This document shows, piece after piece, positions 55,865-64,000 of a DNA stretch of 64,000 bases; the first letter of the stretch is position 1, and every line of letters begins with the position of its first letter. The translations under genes and the position numbers were made by a program. The stretch is from Candidatus Enterocola sp. (GTDB taxonomy: Bacteria > Bacteroidota > Bacteroidia > Bacteroidales > Paludibacteraceae), in contig JAZOMZ010000011.1 of assembly GCA_045654205.1 (NCBI GenBank), forward strand, positions 764-64,763. The letters are read 5' to 3'. The notes under the pieces were generated by a model that was not told the DNA's origin, made no database searches, and saw nothing but the letters and a program-made list of their open reading frames with translations.

Positions 55865-56911
55865 ATGTCAAGAACAGAAATTAGTACAATAGGCGAATTT
55901 GGTCTTATCGACCACATAAATAAATACGTAAAACTAGAAAACGAAACCTCTAAAAAAGGTATTGGCGACGATGCAGCTGTGATTTCCCTTAAAGAAGGTA
56001 CAGACAGAATGCTTATCTCTACCGACCTGATGCTAGAGGGCATACACTTCGACTTAAGTTATTTTCCACTTAAACATTTAGGTTACAAGGCAGCCATGGC
56101 AAACTTCTCTGATATTTATGCCATGAATGCTTACCCTACACAACTTACTGTTTCACTTGGGCTTTCAAAACGTTTTTCTATAGAAGATGTTGAAGAATTA
56201 TATGCAGGTGTGCTACTTGCGTGCCAAAGACACAACGTGGACCTTGTAGGTGGAGACACTTCTAGTTCTTTAACTGGTCTTGCTATTAGCCTTACTTGCG
56301 TTGGCATGGCAAAAGAAGACGAAATAACATATAGAAACGGTGCAAAACCAACAGACCTTATCTGCGTATCTGGCAATTTAGGTGCAGCTTATATGGGTCT
56401 GCAACTTTTAGAACGCGAAAAAGCAATTTTTGCTCAAAGCAATGATACCAAAATGGAATTCCAACCAGATTTTGCTGGTAAAGAATATATTATCGGTCGT
56501 CAACTTAAGCCAGAGGCAAGACGCGACATCATAGATGCTCTTAAAAAAGAAGGTATTAAACCTACTTCTATGATAGACCTTTCTGACGAAATGGTTTCTG
56601 ATATCTTCCAAATTTGTAAGGAAAGTGGCGTGGGTTGTAAAATTTTTGAAGAAAAAATTCCTATTGACTACGAAACTGCTAGTATGGCAGAAGAGTTTAA
56701 TATGAACCTAACCACAGCTGCCCTACACGGTGGTGATGACTATGAATTATTATTCACTGTACCAGTTACAATGCACGAAAAGATAAATAATATGAAAGAC
56801 GTGAAAGTAATTGGTTATATCACCGACAAAGAAGAAGGTAAAACACTTCAAACTCGCGATGGGGCTTGCTTTGAACTAAAATCACAAGCTTGGCCTACAA
56901 CCAACAGTTAG
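55865..56911 (+). CDS. thiL: Thiamine-monophosphate kinase
   Basis: IGDDAAV and GGDTS motifs (AIR-synthase-related fold). The stop codon lies at the start of the heptamer block. Confidence 0.9.
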   Translation: MSRTEISTIGEFGLIDHINKYVKLENETSKKGIGDDAAVISLKEGTDRMLISTDLMLEGIHFDLSYFPLKHLGYKAAMANFSDIYAMNAYPTQLTVSLGLSKRFSIEDVEELYAGVLLACQRHNVDLVGGDTSSSLTGLAISLTCVGMAKEDEITYRNGAKPTDLICVSGNLGAAYMGLQLLEREKAIFAQSNDTKMEFQPDFAGKEYIIGRQLKPEARRDIIDALKKEGIKPTSMIDLSDEMVSDIFQICKESGVGCKIFEEKIPIDYETASMAEEFNMNLTTAALHGGDDYELLFTVPVTMHEKINNMKDVKVIGYITDKEEGKTLQTRDGACFELKSQAWPTTNS

Positions 56912-56985
56912 GAGTTAGGAGTTAGGAGTTAGGAGTTAGAGGTTGCGGTCACTGAGCTTGTCGAAGTGCCAGCAACTAAAAGGTA
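56908..56985. repeat. (TTAGGAG)4 plus one degenerate unit, followed by the GTCACTGAGCTTGTCGAAGTGCC module
   Basis: Perfect heptamers at 56908-56935, with ttagagg at 56936-56942. ctgagcttgtcgaag at 56952-56966 is the reverse complement of 5961-5975. Confidence 0.9.
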
Positions 56986-57000
56986 ATAAATGTTACAATT

Positions 57001-57531
57001 ATGCAACAAATTCAACAAAGCAAAGTATATAACGCTGCAATGTGGTCTGGACTACTACTTGCAATATATCTGGTTATAAGATTCTTTTTTATAGTAAGTT
57101 CACCAAACAATATATTATTAAATCTTATTACTGCGTGTCTTACTATATGCCTTACTATAGGAATACCTTTTGTGGCATATTTTTTAGGCAGAGACTTTAA
57201 AAAGAAAAGTGAAGAAGAACTCACCTACAGAAACCTTTATTCTCACGGTTTCTTTATGTTCTTTTTTGCTTCTTTAATATTAGCTGCAGTGGAATACGTA
57301 TATTACGGATTTATAAACCCAGATTTTATAAACGAACAATACGCCGCATTAGTTCAAAGTGTAGAAATTTTAAAACAAACAATGCCAGAAGCCGCTACAT
57401 TAGAAGAAGTTGTAAATAACAACCCTATTCCTACTGCATCACAAATGGCTATGCAAAACATTTGGATGTATAGTTTTGCAGGCATAATCATTTCATTAAT
57501 AAACGCTTACATCCTTAATAAAAAACATTAA
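57001..57531 (+). CDS. DUF4199-like multi-TM membrane protein
   Basis: Four hydrophobic segments. Its position before a GT2 gene matches what I recall from other Bacteroidota. Confidence 0.6.
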   Translation: MQQIQQSKVYNAAMWSGLLLAIYLVIRFFFIVSSPNNILLNLITACLTICLTIGIPFVAYFLGRDFKKKSEEELTYRNLYSHGFFMFFFASLILAAVEYVYYGFINPDFINEQYAALVQSVEILKQTMPEAATLEEVVNNNPIPTASQMAMQNIWMYSFAGIIISLINAYILNKKH

Positions 57532-57533
57532 AC

Positions 57534-58490
57534 ATGGATATTTCTATTATCATACCTCTATACAACGAGGAAGAATCACTAAAAGAACTGCACGCTTGGA
57601 TAAAAGAAGTTGCAGACAAAAATAATTATTCATACGAAGTTATCTTTATAGACGACGGAAGCAAAGACTCTTCTTGGAAAGTTATTAGCGAGCTATCTGA
57701 ACAGTTCCCAGAAGTTAAAGGCATAAAATTCAGACGCAATTATGGCAAATCTCCTGCCCTATACTGTGGTTTTGAGGCTGCCCAAGGCGATGTTGTCATT
57801 ACAATGGATGCCGACTTACAAGATAGCCCAGATGAAATTCCTGTGCTATACAACAAAATAATGAAAGAAGATTACGACTTGGTTTCTGGTTGGAAAAAGA
57901 AACGTTTCGACCCTGTTTTTACCAAAAATCTTCCTAGTAAACTGTTTAATGCTACAGCAAGAAAAGTATCTGGCATAAAACTTCACGACTTCAACTGCGG
58001 ACTAAAAGCTTATAAAAACGAAGTTGTAAAAAACATAGAAGTGTATGGTGAAATGCACCGCTACATTCCATATCTAGCAAAAAATGCTGGTTATGAAAAA
58101 ATTACAGAGGTAGAAGTTCACCATCAAGCACGCAAATTTGGTGTAAGTAAATTTGGTTTCAACCGTTTTGTAAATGGTTATTTAGACCTTATTTCACTTT
58201 GGTTCCTTTCTAAATTTGGTGTTAAACCAATGCATTTCTTCGGACTTGGCGGTAGCCTTATGTTCCTAATTGGTTTCATTGCAGTTTGCATAGTAGCAGG
58301 CACCAAATTATATGCTATTTGCAACGAAATGAGAGCCCCACTTATCACTGATAGCCCATATTTCTATATTGCTATTCTGTTTATGATTTTGGGTACTCAA
58401 TTCTTTATTACAGGTTTCTTGGGAGAACTTATTAGCCGTTCTTCACAAGAGAGAAACAATTACAAAATTGCTCAAAAATTAAAAGTTTAA
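57534..58490 (+). CDS. Glycosyltransferase family 2 (polyprenol-phosphate glycosyltransferase-like)
   Basis: ISIIIPLYNEE, FIDDGSKD, DADLQD and two C-terminal TM segments. Confidence 0.85.
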   Translation: MDISIIIPLYNEEESLKELHAWIKEVADKNNYSYEVIFIDDGSKDSSWKVISELSEQFPEVKGIKFRRNYGKSPALYCGFEAAQGDVVITMDADLQDSPDEIPVLYNKIMKEDYDLVSGWKKKRFDPVFTKNLPSKLFNATARKVSGIKLHDFNCGLKAYKNEVVKNIEVYGEMHRYIPYLAKNAGYEKITEVEVHHQARKFGVSKFGFNRFVNGYLDLISLWFLSKFGVKPMHFFGLGGSLMFLIGFIAVCIVAGTKLYAICNEMRAPLITDSPYFYIAILFMILGTQFFITGFLGELISRSSQERNNYKIAQKLKV

Positions 58491-58493
58491 GAT

Positions 58494-59018
58494 ATGGAAA
58501 TCTTATTAGAAATTTTAAAATTCACCATTCCTGCAGCATTAGTTATTGTTGTGGTATGGTATATGCTAAATAAATTTTTCGCAGCAGAAAATTCTCGTCA
58601 GAGATATAAACTTTACAAACAAATTCAAAAAGACATTCTTCCTATCCGCTTCACAGCATACGAAAGACTTGTTCTTTTCCTAGAAAGAATTACTCCAGAC
58701 TCTCTAGTTATTCGCACACAAGGTGAATGTGCCACTGTTATTCAATATCATAGCTATTTGCTTTCAAACATTAGAGCAGAGTTTGAACACAATGTGGCTC
58801 AACAAGTGTATGTGAGCGACGAAGCATGGACAATGGTGAAAAACGCAAAAGAAAACACTGTGCAACTTATTAATGCTTGTGCTGCTCAAGTAGATCCACA
58901 AGCACCTGCTATAGAGCTTGCAAAAGCAATACTTGCAATGGCTGAGCAAACACCATCTCTACCTACCACAGTGGGTATCAATTATTTAAAATCTGAATTA
59001 AAAACATTTTTCGCATGA
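58494..59018 (+). CDS. Membrane-anchored hypothetical protein
   Basis: N-terminal TM segment. Translationally coupled: ATGA overlap with the next gene. Confidence 0.6.
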   Translation: MEILLEILKFTIPAALVIVVVWYMLNKFFAAENSRQRYKLYKQIQKDILPIRFTAYERLVLFLERITPDSLVIRTQGECATVIQYHSYLLSNIRAEFEHNVAQQVYVSDEAWTMVKNAKENTVQLINACAAQVDPQAPAIELAKAILAMAEQTPSLPTTVGINYLKSELKTFFA

Positions 59019-59518
59019 AAGTTTTAGATTTAATAAAAGCTAGATATTCTGTTCGCACATTCGACACTAAACCTGTGTCTAAAGAAGATTTAGATTACAT
59101 CCTTGAGTGTGCACGCCTTGCTCCTTCTGCATGCAACAAACAACCTTGGGAGATTAAAGTAATTCAAGGTGAAGCACTTAAAGAATTTTCTGCAGTATAT
59201 AGAAAAGAAGGTTTCAAAGACGCTCCTGTGTGCATTGCTGTGTGTGGCAACCACGAACAAGCTTGGCACAGAGGCGACAACAAAGATCATTGCGACATCG
59301 ATATTGCTATTGTTTCTGACCACATCATTATGGCTGCCACAGAACTAGGTCTTGGTACTTGCTGGATTTGCAGTTTCAATACAGACATTGCAAAAGATTT
59401 TCTTAAACTTCCAGAAAATATCGAACCAATAGTGCTTATTCCTGTTGGTTATGCAGCTGAACCAAATAGAGAAAAGATTAGAAAACCACTAGAAGAAACC
59501 ACCACTTTTATAGGATGA
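59015..59518 (+). CDS. Nitroreductase family protein
   Basis: RYSVRTF and PSACNKQPW motifs. Confidence 0.85.
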   Translation: MKVLDLIKARYSVRTFDTKPVSKEDLDYILECARLAPSACNKQPWEIKVIQGEALKEFSAVYRKEGFKDAPVCIAVCGNHEQAWHRGDNKDHCDIDIAIVSDHIIMAATELGLGTCWICSFNTDIAKDFLKLPENIEPIVLIPVGYAAEPNREKIRKPLEETTTFIG

Positions 59519-60003
59519 AAAAAGCATTAGTTTATATAATTTCTATAATAGCTGTTGCAACTATCTCGTTTAGTTGCACCTCTGAATGTTATGTATCTAA
59601 AGATTCTAAATTGGGAATTTCATTTATAGATTCTGTTTCATATAAGGCTAAAAACATATCAGGGCTTACTGTTATAGGCGTGGGAAGTGACTCTATCTTA
59701 TACAATAACACCACATTATCTGCTATTTACCTTCCTCTTCATTCAAACAGTACAAATACAAACTACAAGTTTATATTACCAACAAGAGTAGAAGGTAAAA
59801 ACACTCCAGATACCATATTTTTGCATATTGACCATACTCCAAAACCACAACTTATAAGTGAAGAATGCGGATGCACTATGTTTCATGTGATTAATGATGC
59901 AAAAATAATCAACAACACCTATAATTTCAAATTGGATATCGTCAACTCAAACATAACAAACATTAATAATGATAAAGAAACACCTATTAAGATTCTTCAT
60001 TAG
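59515..60003 (+). CDS. Lipoprotein, unknown
   Basis: Signal plus lipobox (ISFSC). Confidence 0.6.
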   Translation: MKKALVYIISIIAVATISFSCTSECYVSKDSKLGISFIDSVSYKAKNISGLTVIGVGSDSILYNNTTLSAIYLPLHSNSTNTNYKFILPTRVEGKNTPDTIFLHIDHTPKPQLISEECGCTMFHVINDAKIINNTYNFKLDIVNSNITNINNDKETPIKILH

Positions 60004-60709
60004 TTCAATTTTCTGCCTAATGGGAACTATGGTTTGGGCAGAAAACACCTCATCAGACACTATTTCTGTAAAGAAGTCTGCAAAGAATAACTTTATCATT
60101 ACAGATTCTATTGCAGATAGTAATAGAAGAAAAGAGACTTATCAAGGAACCTTTCTAAGTCTTGACATCTTTAATCCTGTAGCTACTGCATGGCGCGATG
60201 GTAGATTTGAAACATCAATTACTCTAGATGTAGACCTTTGGCACAGACTATTCCCTAGTGTCGAATTTGGATTTATGACAGCAGATATTAAACATGAAGA
60301 TTATAAATACGAAACCATAGGTCTTTTTGCAAAAGTAGGTGCGGACTATAACTTCATCAACTTCAAGTCTGACAGAAAATACGACCATAGTTTCTACGCA
60401 GGATTTAGATACGGATATAGTTATACAAAATACAGTCTTACAGACGCAGTTCTAAATAATGAATACTGGGACGAATCTGGCAAATATGCCAATCTAAACC
60501 AGGCATCAAATTTTGGTTGGTTTGAAGTGGTTGTTGGTGTACGAGTGCAGATCTATAAAGATTTCTTTATGGGTGTAGCAATGCAAGTAAAAACATTCGG
60601 TCACTTCTACGAAGACTCTCCATACTACCCTACCTACATCTCCGGCTACGGCAAATATGGTGAAGACGTAAACTTCGGACTAAATTACTCCCTATCATAC
60701 AGATTCTAA
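59969..60709 (+). CDS. Putative outer-membrane beta-barrel protein
   Basis: Signal peptide, alternating aromatic/polar strands, and a C-terminal ...LSYRF. Confidence 0.6.
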   Translation: MIKKHLLRFFISSIFCLMGTMVWAENTSSDTISVKKSAKNNFIITDSIADSNRRKETYQGTFLSLDIFNPVATAWRDGRFETSITLDVDLWHRLFPSVEFGFMTADIKHEDYKYETIGLFAKVGADYNFINFKSDRKYDHSFYAGFRYGYSYTKYSLTDAVLNNEYWDESGKYANLNQASNFGWFEVVVGVRVQIYKDFFMGVAMQVKTFGHFYEDSPYYPTYISGYGKYGEDVNFGLNYSLSYRF

Positions 60710-60715
60710 AAAATA

Positions 60716-60755
60716 AAGAGGCTGCTAAAAAATTTTAGTCAGCCTCTTATCTTTT
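60716..60755. terminator. Bidirectional terminator between convergent genes
   Basis: agaggctg...cagcctct with flanking A and T runs. Confidence 0.7.
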
Positions 60756-60775
60756 ATTTAGGTTTCTAATCTCAC

Positions 60776-62944
60776 TCATTTATTCTCAAACACCAACTTT
60801 CCTTCTAGTTCATCCACAAGGATTGGTTTTTCTTTGTCGATGCTACGAGCAATGATTTTGCCTGAGAGTTCGTTTAGTAGTAGGCGTTGAAGAGCACGCT
60901 TGATAGGACGAGCACCAAACTGAGGGTCGAAACCTTCCGATGCAATTAGGTCTATCGCCTTTGGTGTAAGCTGTAGGTCTATGCCATTATTTTTAAGCAT
61001 CTTGGCAATACCTTCCACTTGTAGGCGAACAATTTGAGCAATTTCTGCCTTGGCAAGTGGTATAAACATAATTAAATCATCTATACGATTCAAAAATTCT
61101 GGTTTAATCACTTGTTTTAGAAGTTCAAACACACTCTTACGAGTGTCTTCTAGCACTTGTTCACGATTTGACGCAGACAATGACTCTATTTTTTCACGAA
61201 TAAGTTGTGAGCCAAGATTAGATGTCATGATAATAATGGTATTTTTAAAATCTACCACCCTACCTTTGTTGTCTGTAAGACGTCCATCATCTAGCACTTG
61301 AAGCAAGATATTGAACACATCTGGGTGAGCCTTTTCTATCTCATCAAACAGCACCACAGAATATGGTTTACGACGAATAGCCTCGGTAAGCTGACCACCT
61401 TCTTCATAACCAATATATCCTGGAGGCGAACCGATAAGACGTGTAACAGAGAATTTCTCTTGATATTCACTCATATCTATACGAGTCATCATATTGTCAT
61501 CGTCGAATAGAGCCTCTGCAAGAGCTTTTGCAAGCTCGGTTTTACCTACCCCTGTGGTACCCAAGAAAATAAACGAACCGATTGGACGTTTTGGGTCTTT
61601 AAGTCCAGCACGACTACGACGCACAGCATTGGCAACTGCCTCAATGGCTTCTTCCTGACCAATTATACGTTTGTGTAGTTCTGTTTCAAGATTCAACAGC
61701 TTTGTTTGTTCGCTTTGAGCCATTTTGGTTACAGGAATGCCAGTCCAACGGCTTACAATATCAGCAATGTCTTCACTATCCACCTCTTCTTTTATCATAG
61801 GTGCATCAGCCTGCATTGCTTGTAGCTTTTGCTGAGCACTGGCGATAGCCTCTTCCTTAGTCTTAATTCTACCATATCTTATCTCGGCTACCTTTTCATA
61901 ATTACCATTGCGTTCAGCCACTTCTGCCTCAAATTTCAACTTTTCAATATCAATTTTACTTTGTTGAATTTGGTCAATAAGTGCTTTTTCTGCCTGCCAT
62001 TTTGCCTTTTGCTTGTTTTCATCTTCTTTAAGAGTGTCAATCACCTTGGTAAGCTGAGCCACTTTTTCTTTGTCCTTTTCTCGCTTAATAGCCTCACGCT
62101 CTATCTCTAGTTGCTTAATGCTACGAGCAAGTTTGTCCAAATCCTCTGGCACAGAATTCATTTGAAGACGAAGTCTCGCTGCCGCCTCATCAATTAGGTC
62201 AATAGCCTTGTCTGGCAAGAATCTATCAGAAATATATCTGTTTGAAAGTTCCACTGCCGCAATAATTGCCTCATCTTTGATACGCACCTTGTGGTGGTTT
62301 TCATAGCGTTCCTTTAGTCCACGAAGAATAGAAATTGTGCTTGCCTCATCTGGCTCATTCACCATAACTATTTGGAAACGACGTTCTAGTGCCTTGTCCT
62401 TTTCAAAATACTTTTGGTATTCATTAAGTGTAGTAGCACCAATGCTACGTAGTTCACCACGAGCAAGAGCTGGTTTCAAGATATTTGCAGCATCCATAGC
62501 ACCATCACCACCGCCTGCACCCACAAGAGTGTGAATTTCGTCTATAAAGAGGATAATCTCACCATCAGATTTAATTACCTCATTTATCACGGCTTTCAGA
62601 CGTTCCTCAAACTCACCTTTATACTTGGCACCTGCCACCAGAGCACCCATATCAAGTGAGAAAAGCTGTTTAGATTTTAAATTTTCTGGCACATCACCAC
62701 GAATTATACGGTGTGCTAAGCCTTCGGCAATAGCAGTTTTACCCACACCAGGTTCACCAATTAGAATTGGATTATTTTTGGTTCGTCGAGAAAGAATTTG
62801 AAGAACACGCCTAATCTCCTCGTCACGACCAATCACAGGGTCCAATTTCCCATTGCGTGCTTTTTCATTAAGATTGATGGCATACAGAGACAAAGCCTGA
62901 TACTTATTCTCTGCATTACTTTGATTATTTGAATTGTAATTCAT
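60776..62944 (-). CDS. clpB: ClpB-type AAA+ disaggregase lacking the N-terminal (Clp_N) domain
   Basis: Two NBDs (GEPGVGKT at aa ~64, GTTGVGKT), a long middle coiled coil, and Bacteroidota-like signatures ([16 protein letters not shown]). Only 722 aa; Walker A1 lies ~142 residues closer to the N-terminus than in E. coli ClpB. Confidence 0.9.
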   Translation of the reverse strand: MNYNSNNQSNAENKYQALSLYAINLNEKARNGKLDPVIGRDEEIRRVLQILSRRTKNNPILIGEPGVGKTAIAEGLAHRIIRGDVPENLKSKQLFSLDMGALVAGAKYKGEFEERLKAVINEVIKSDGEIILFIDEIHTLVGAGGGDGAMDAANILKPALARGELRSIGATTLNEYQKYFEKDKALERRFQIVMVNEPDEASTISILRGLKERYENHHKVRIKDEAIIAAVELSNRYISDRFLPDKAIDLIDEAAARLRLQMNSVPEDLDKLARSIKQLEIEREAIKREKDKEKVAQLTKVIDTLKEDENKQKAKWQAEKALIDQIQQSKIDIEKLKFEAEVAERNGNYEKVAEIRYGRIKTKEEAIASAQQKLQAMQADAPMIKEEVDSEDIADIVSRWTGIPVTKMAQSEQTKLLNLETELHKRIIGQEEAIEAVANAVRRSRAGLKDPKRPIGSFIFLGTTGVGKTELAKALAEALFDDDNMMTRIDMSEYQEKFSVTRLIGSPPGYIGYEEGGQLTEAIRRKPYSVVLFDEIEKAHPDVFNILLQVLDDGRLTDNKGRVVDFKNTIIIMTSNLGSQLIREKIESLSASNREQVLEDTRKSVFELLKQVIKPEFLNRIDDLIMFIPLAKAEIAQIVRLQVEGIAKMLKNNGIDLQLTPKAIDLIASEGFDPQFGARPIKRALQRLLLNELSGKIIARSIDKEKPILVDELEGKLVFENK

Positions 62945-62965
62945 AATATTAATCTCCTTTCACCC

Positions 62966-62995
62966 AATATACTTCAAATTGCGTGCCAATGTCAA
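62966..62995 (-). promoter_or_regulatory. Sigma-70-consensus-like TTGACA-N18-TATATT upstream of clpB, followed by an AAAGGAG Shine-Dalgarno
   Basis: The minus strand reads ttgacattggcacgcaatttgaagtatatt. gaaaggag lies 9 nt before the ATG. Confidence 0.4.
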
Positions 62996-63011
62996 TTCTC
63001 TGCCATTTTTG

Positions 63012-63048
63012 ACAAAAAAGCCTACAACTCATATTAGAGTGTAGGCTT
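63012..63048 (-). terminator. Hairpin terminator upstream of the clpB promoter
   Basis: aagcctaca(a)ctc-atatta-gagtgtaggctt followed by TTTTTT on the minus strand. Confidence 0.6.
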
Positions 63049-63138
63049 AATTCTTTTTTATTAAATTTAGGTAATTATATACAAGTTTACAATAAAAAAT
63101 TTAAAAACTCAACCTTTATAGAATATTTTATATAAAAA

Positions 63139-63165
63139 GGAGAGTTCGCTCGATGAACTCTCCAC
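63139..63165 (-). terminator. Terminator after the 42-aa ORF
   Basis: ggagagttc-atcgagc-gaactctcc followed by TTTTT on the minus strand. Confidence 0.65.
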
Positions 63166-63185
63166 TAAAAAGAAAATGTCAATTA

Positions 63186-63314
63186 TCATCTTTTCCTTTT
63201 AGGATAAGAACGATAATGAGAATGTACAAAAACTTTATCTTTATTAATTCCTTTAAGGAAATCAACAAGAGAAGTTGTTATACTATTCTCAATATGGTTT
63301 CTTAAACTAACCAT
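63186..63314 (-). CDS. 42-aa basic peptide ORF with a consensus Shine-Dalgarno
   Basis: Own translation: MVSLRNHIENSITTSLVDFLKGINKDKVFVHSHYRSYPKRKR. AAAGGAGGTG lies 6 nt upstream of the ATG, and a terminator follows directly. Confidence 0.4.
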   Translation of the reverse strand: MVSLRNHIENSITTSLVDFLKGINKDKVFVHSHYRSYPKRKR

Positions 63315-63510
63315 ATCCAACACCTCCTTTCTAAATAAACTAATATATTTCATTGTTAGAAAAAAGTTTATTTACCTACAAAGGTAGCAAAAATCACCAA
63401 GAAATTGGTGATTTTTTTGTTGTTTTTCAAAGTAACTTAGTAATTTAGTAAATTTTTCAATTATTTTTATTATATTTATATCAAATCATAAATTATAAAA
63501 ACTAATAGAT

Positions 63511-63891
63511 ATGGAAAAGTTAACTAAACAGCAAGAAGATATTGTATGCAAATTGCTTGACTGTTCATACAGTGAGGAAATTACTCAATTTATATTAGAT
63601 GCGATAGAAGAACATAATTGGACTCGCAGTATACTTGGTTCAGATTCATCATATTTAACAGAGGAACAAAAGGAATTGTACTACAAATTGGGTGGTGGAT
63701 ATTCTATGAATGAGGTGAAAGAAGAAGTTGAGAAAGCAGTTATAAATCAAAAGATTGCGAATATATTAGAAGAAAGTGGAGTTACAAAATACCTATATGA
63801 AAATGAGGATTATTTAACCGCTATACGTGAAGGAGAAGTTATTTGTGAAGGTATTAACGTAGAAGAGATAAAAAATATGATTTATGGATAA
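63511..63891 (+). CDS. 126-aa acidic hypothetical protein
   Basis: ORF only, in an AT-rich context. Confidence 0.5.
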   Translation: MEKLTKQQEDIVCKLLDCSYSEEITQFILDAIEEHNWTRSILGSDSSYLTEEQKELYYKLGGGYSMNEVKEEVEKAVINQKIANILEESGVTKYLYENEDYLTAIREGEVICEGINVEEIKNMIYG

Positions 63892-64000
63892 TGGAAATAG
63901 AACTTTCAGAAGAAGCAAAGAAAGAGATTGTTAAGTATTCGCAATATCTTGCAAAAAACACAAAATTTGATAGAGATAAGATACAAGAACTTACCACAAA
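63891..64000 (+). CDS. Hypothetical protein, 5' part only (runs off the window)
   Basis: TAATG overlap with the previous stop. The frame MEIELSEEAKKEIVKYSQYLAKNTKFDRDKIQELTT stays open to the edge. Confidence 0.4.
   Translation, partial: MEIELSEEAKKEIVKYSQYLAKNTKFDRDKIQELTT

Noticed and set aside
56908-56942. (TTAGGAG)n as a telomere-like or CRISPR-like feature.
   Set aside because: There are only 4-5 units, no spacers and no cas genes. The block is one module of a composite interspersed repeat.

Overview
The window looks like a low-GC Bacteroidales (Prevotellaceae-like) chromosome. That assignment is an inference from three things: TTTG/TAnnTTTG promoter boxes, near-absence of Shine-Dalgarno sites, and T9SS C-terminal sorting domains. 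No homology search was possible, so all product calls rest on motifs I recognise in the translations. Gene content by region: (i) 1-11.1 kb is a defence-type island with a type I R-M system (hsdR/S/M), an AlbA_2/HATPase protein, a DUF1254/1214 lipoprotein and a tightly packed hipB-hipA-SprT-like module. (ii) 11.1-22.7 kb holds housekeeping genes (ung, speB plus a PLP decarboxylase, an FAD oxidoreductase, rpsP) and a glycogen cluster: DUF4301/UGPase-like, GH57, GT4 and amylo-alpha-1,6-glucosidase. (iii) 22.8-35.8 kb is an accessory stretch, almost entirely on the minus strand. It contains an ORF6N protein, an atypical membrane Ser/Thr kinase and a lipoprotein/beta-barrel/5x-repeat surface-protein operon. 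It then carries about 7 kb of small unknown and membrane proteins with a BacNav-like voltage-gated channel and an MscS channel. This last part is punctuated by two families of reused terminator and promoter modules and by a remnant of a channel gene 3' end. (iv) 36-48.3 kb has a 1120-aa T9SS protein (CBM20, esterase-like and PHP domains), small membrane proteins, a RelB-PIN remnant, tRNA-Pro, manA, serS, rpmA, rplU and a T9SS GH13 amylase. (v) 48.5-60.7 kb is housekeeping: ftsK, glyA, prs, rlmD, ispE, thiL and an envelope operon. Its intergenic regions carry a modular repeat family with (TTAGGAG)n heptamers that also reaches into coding sequence. (vi) 60.8-64 kb has a clpB that lacks the N-terminal domain, followed by an AT-rich segment with atypical expression signals. 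I saw no rRNA, CRISPR array, integrase or transposase.
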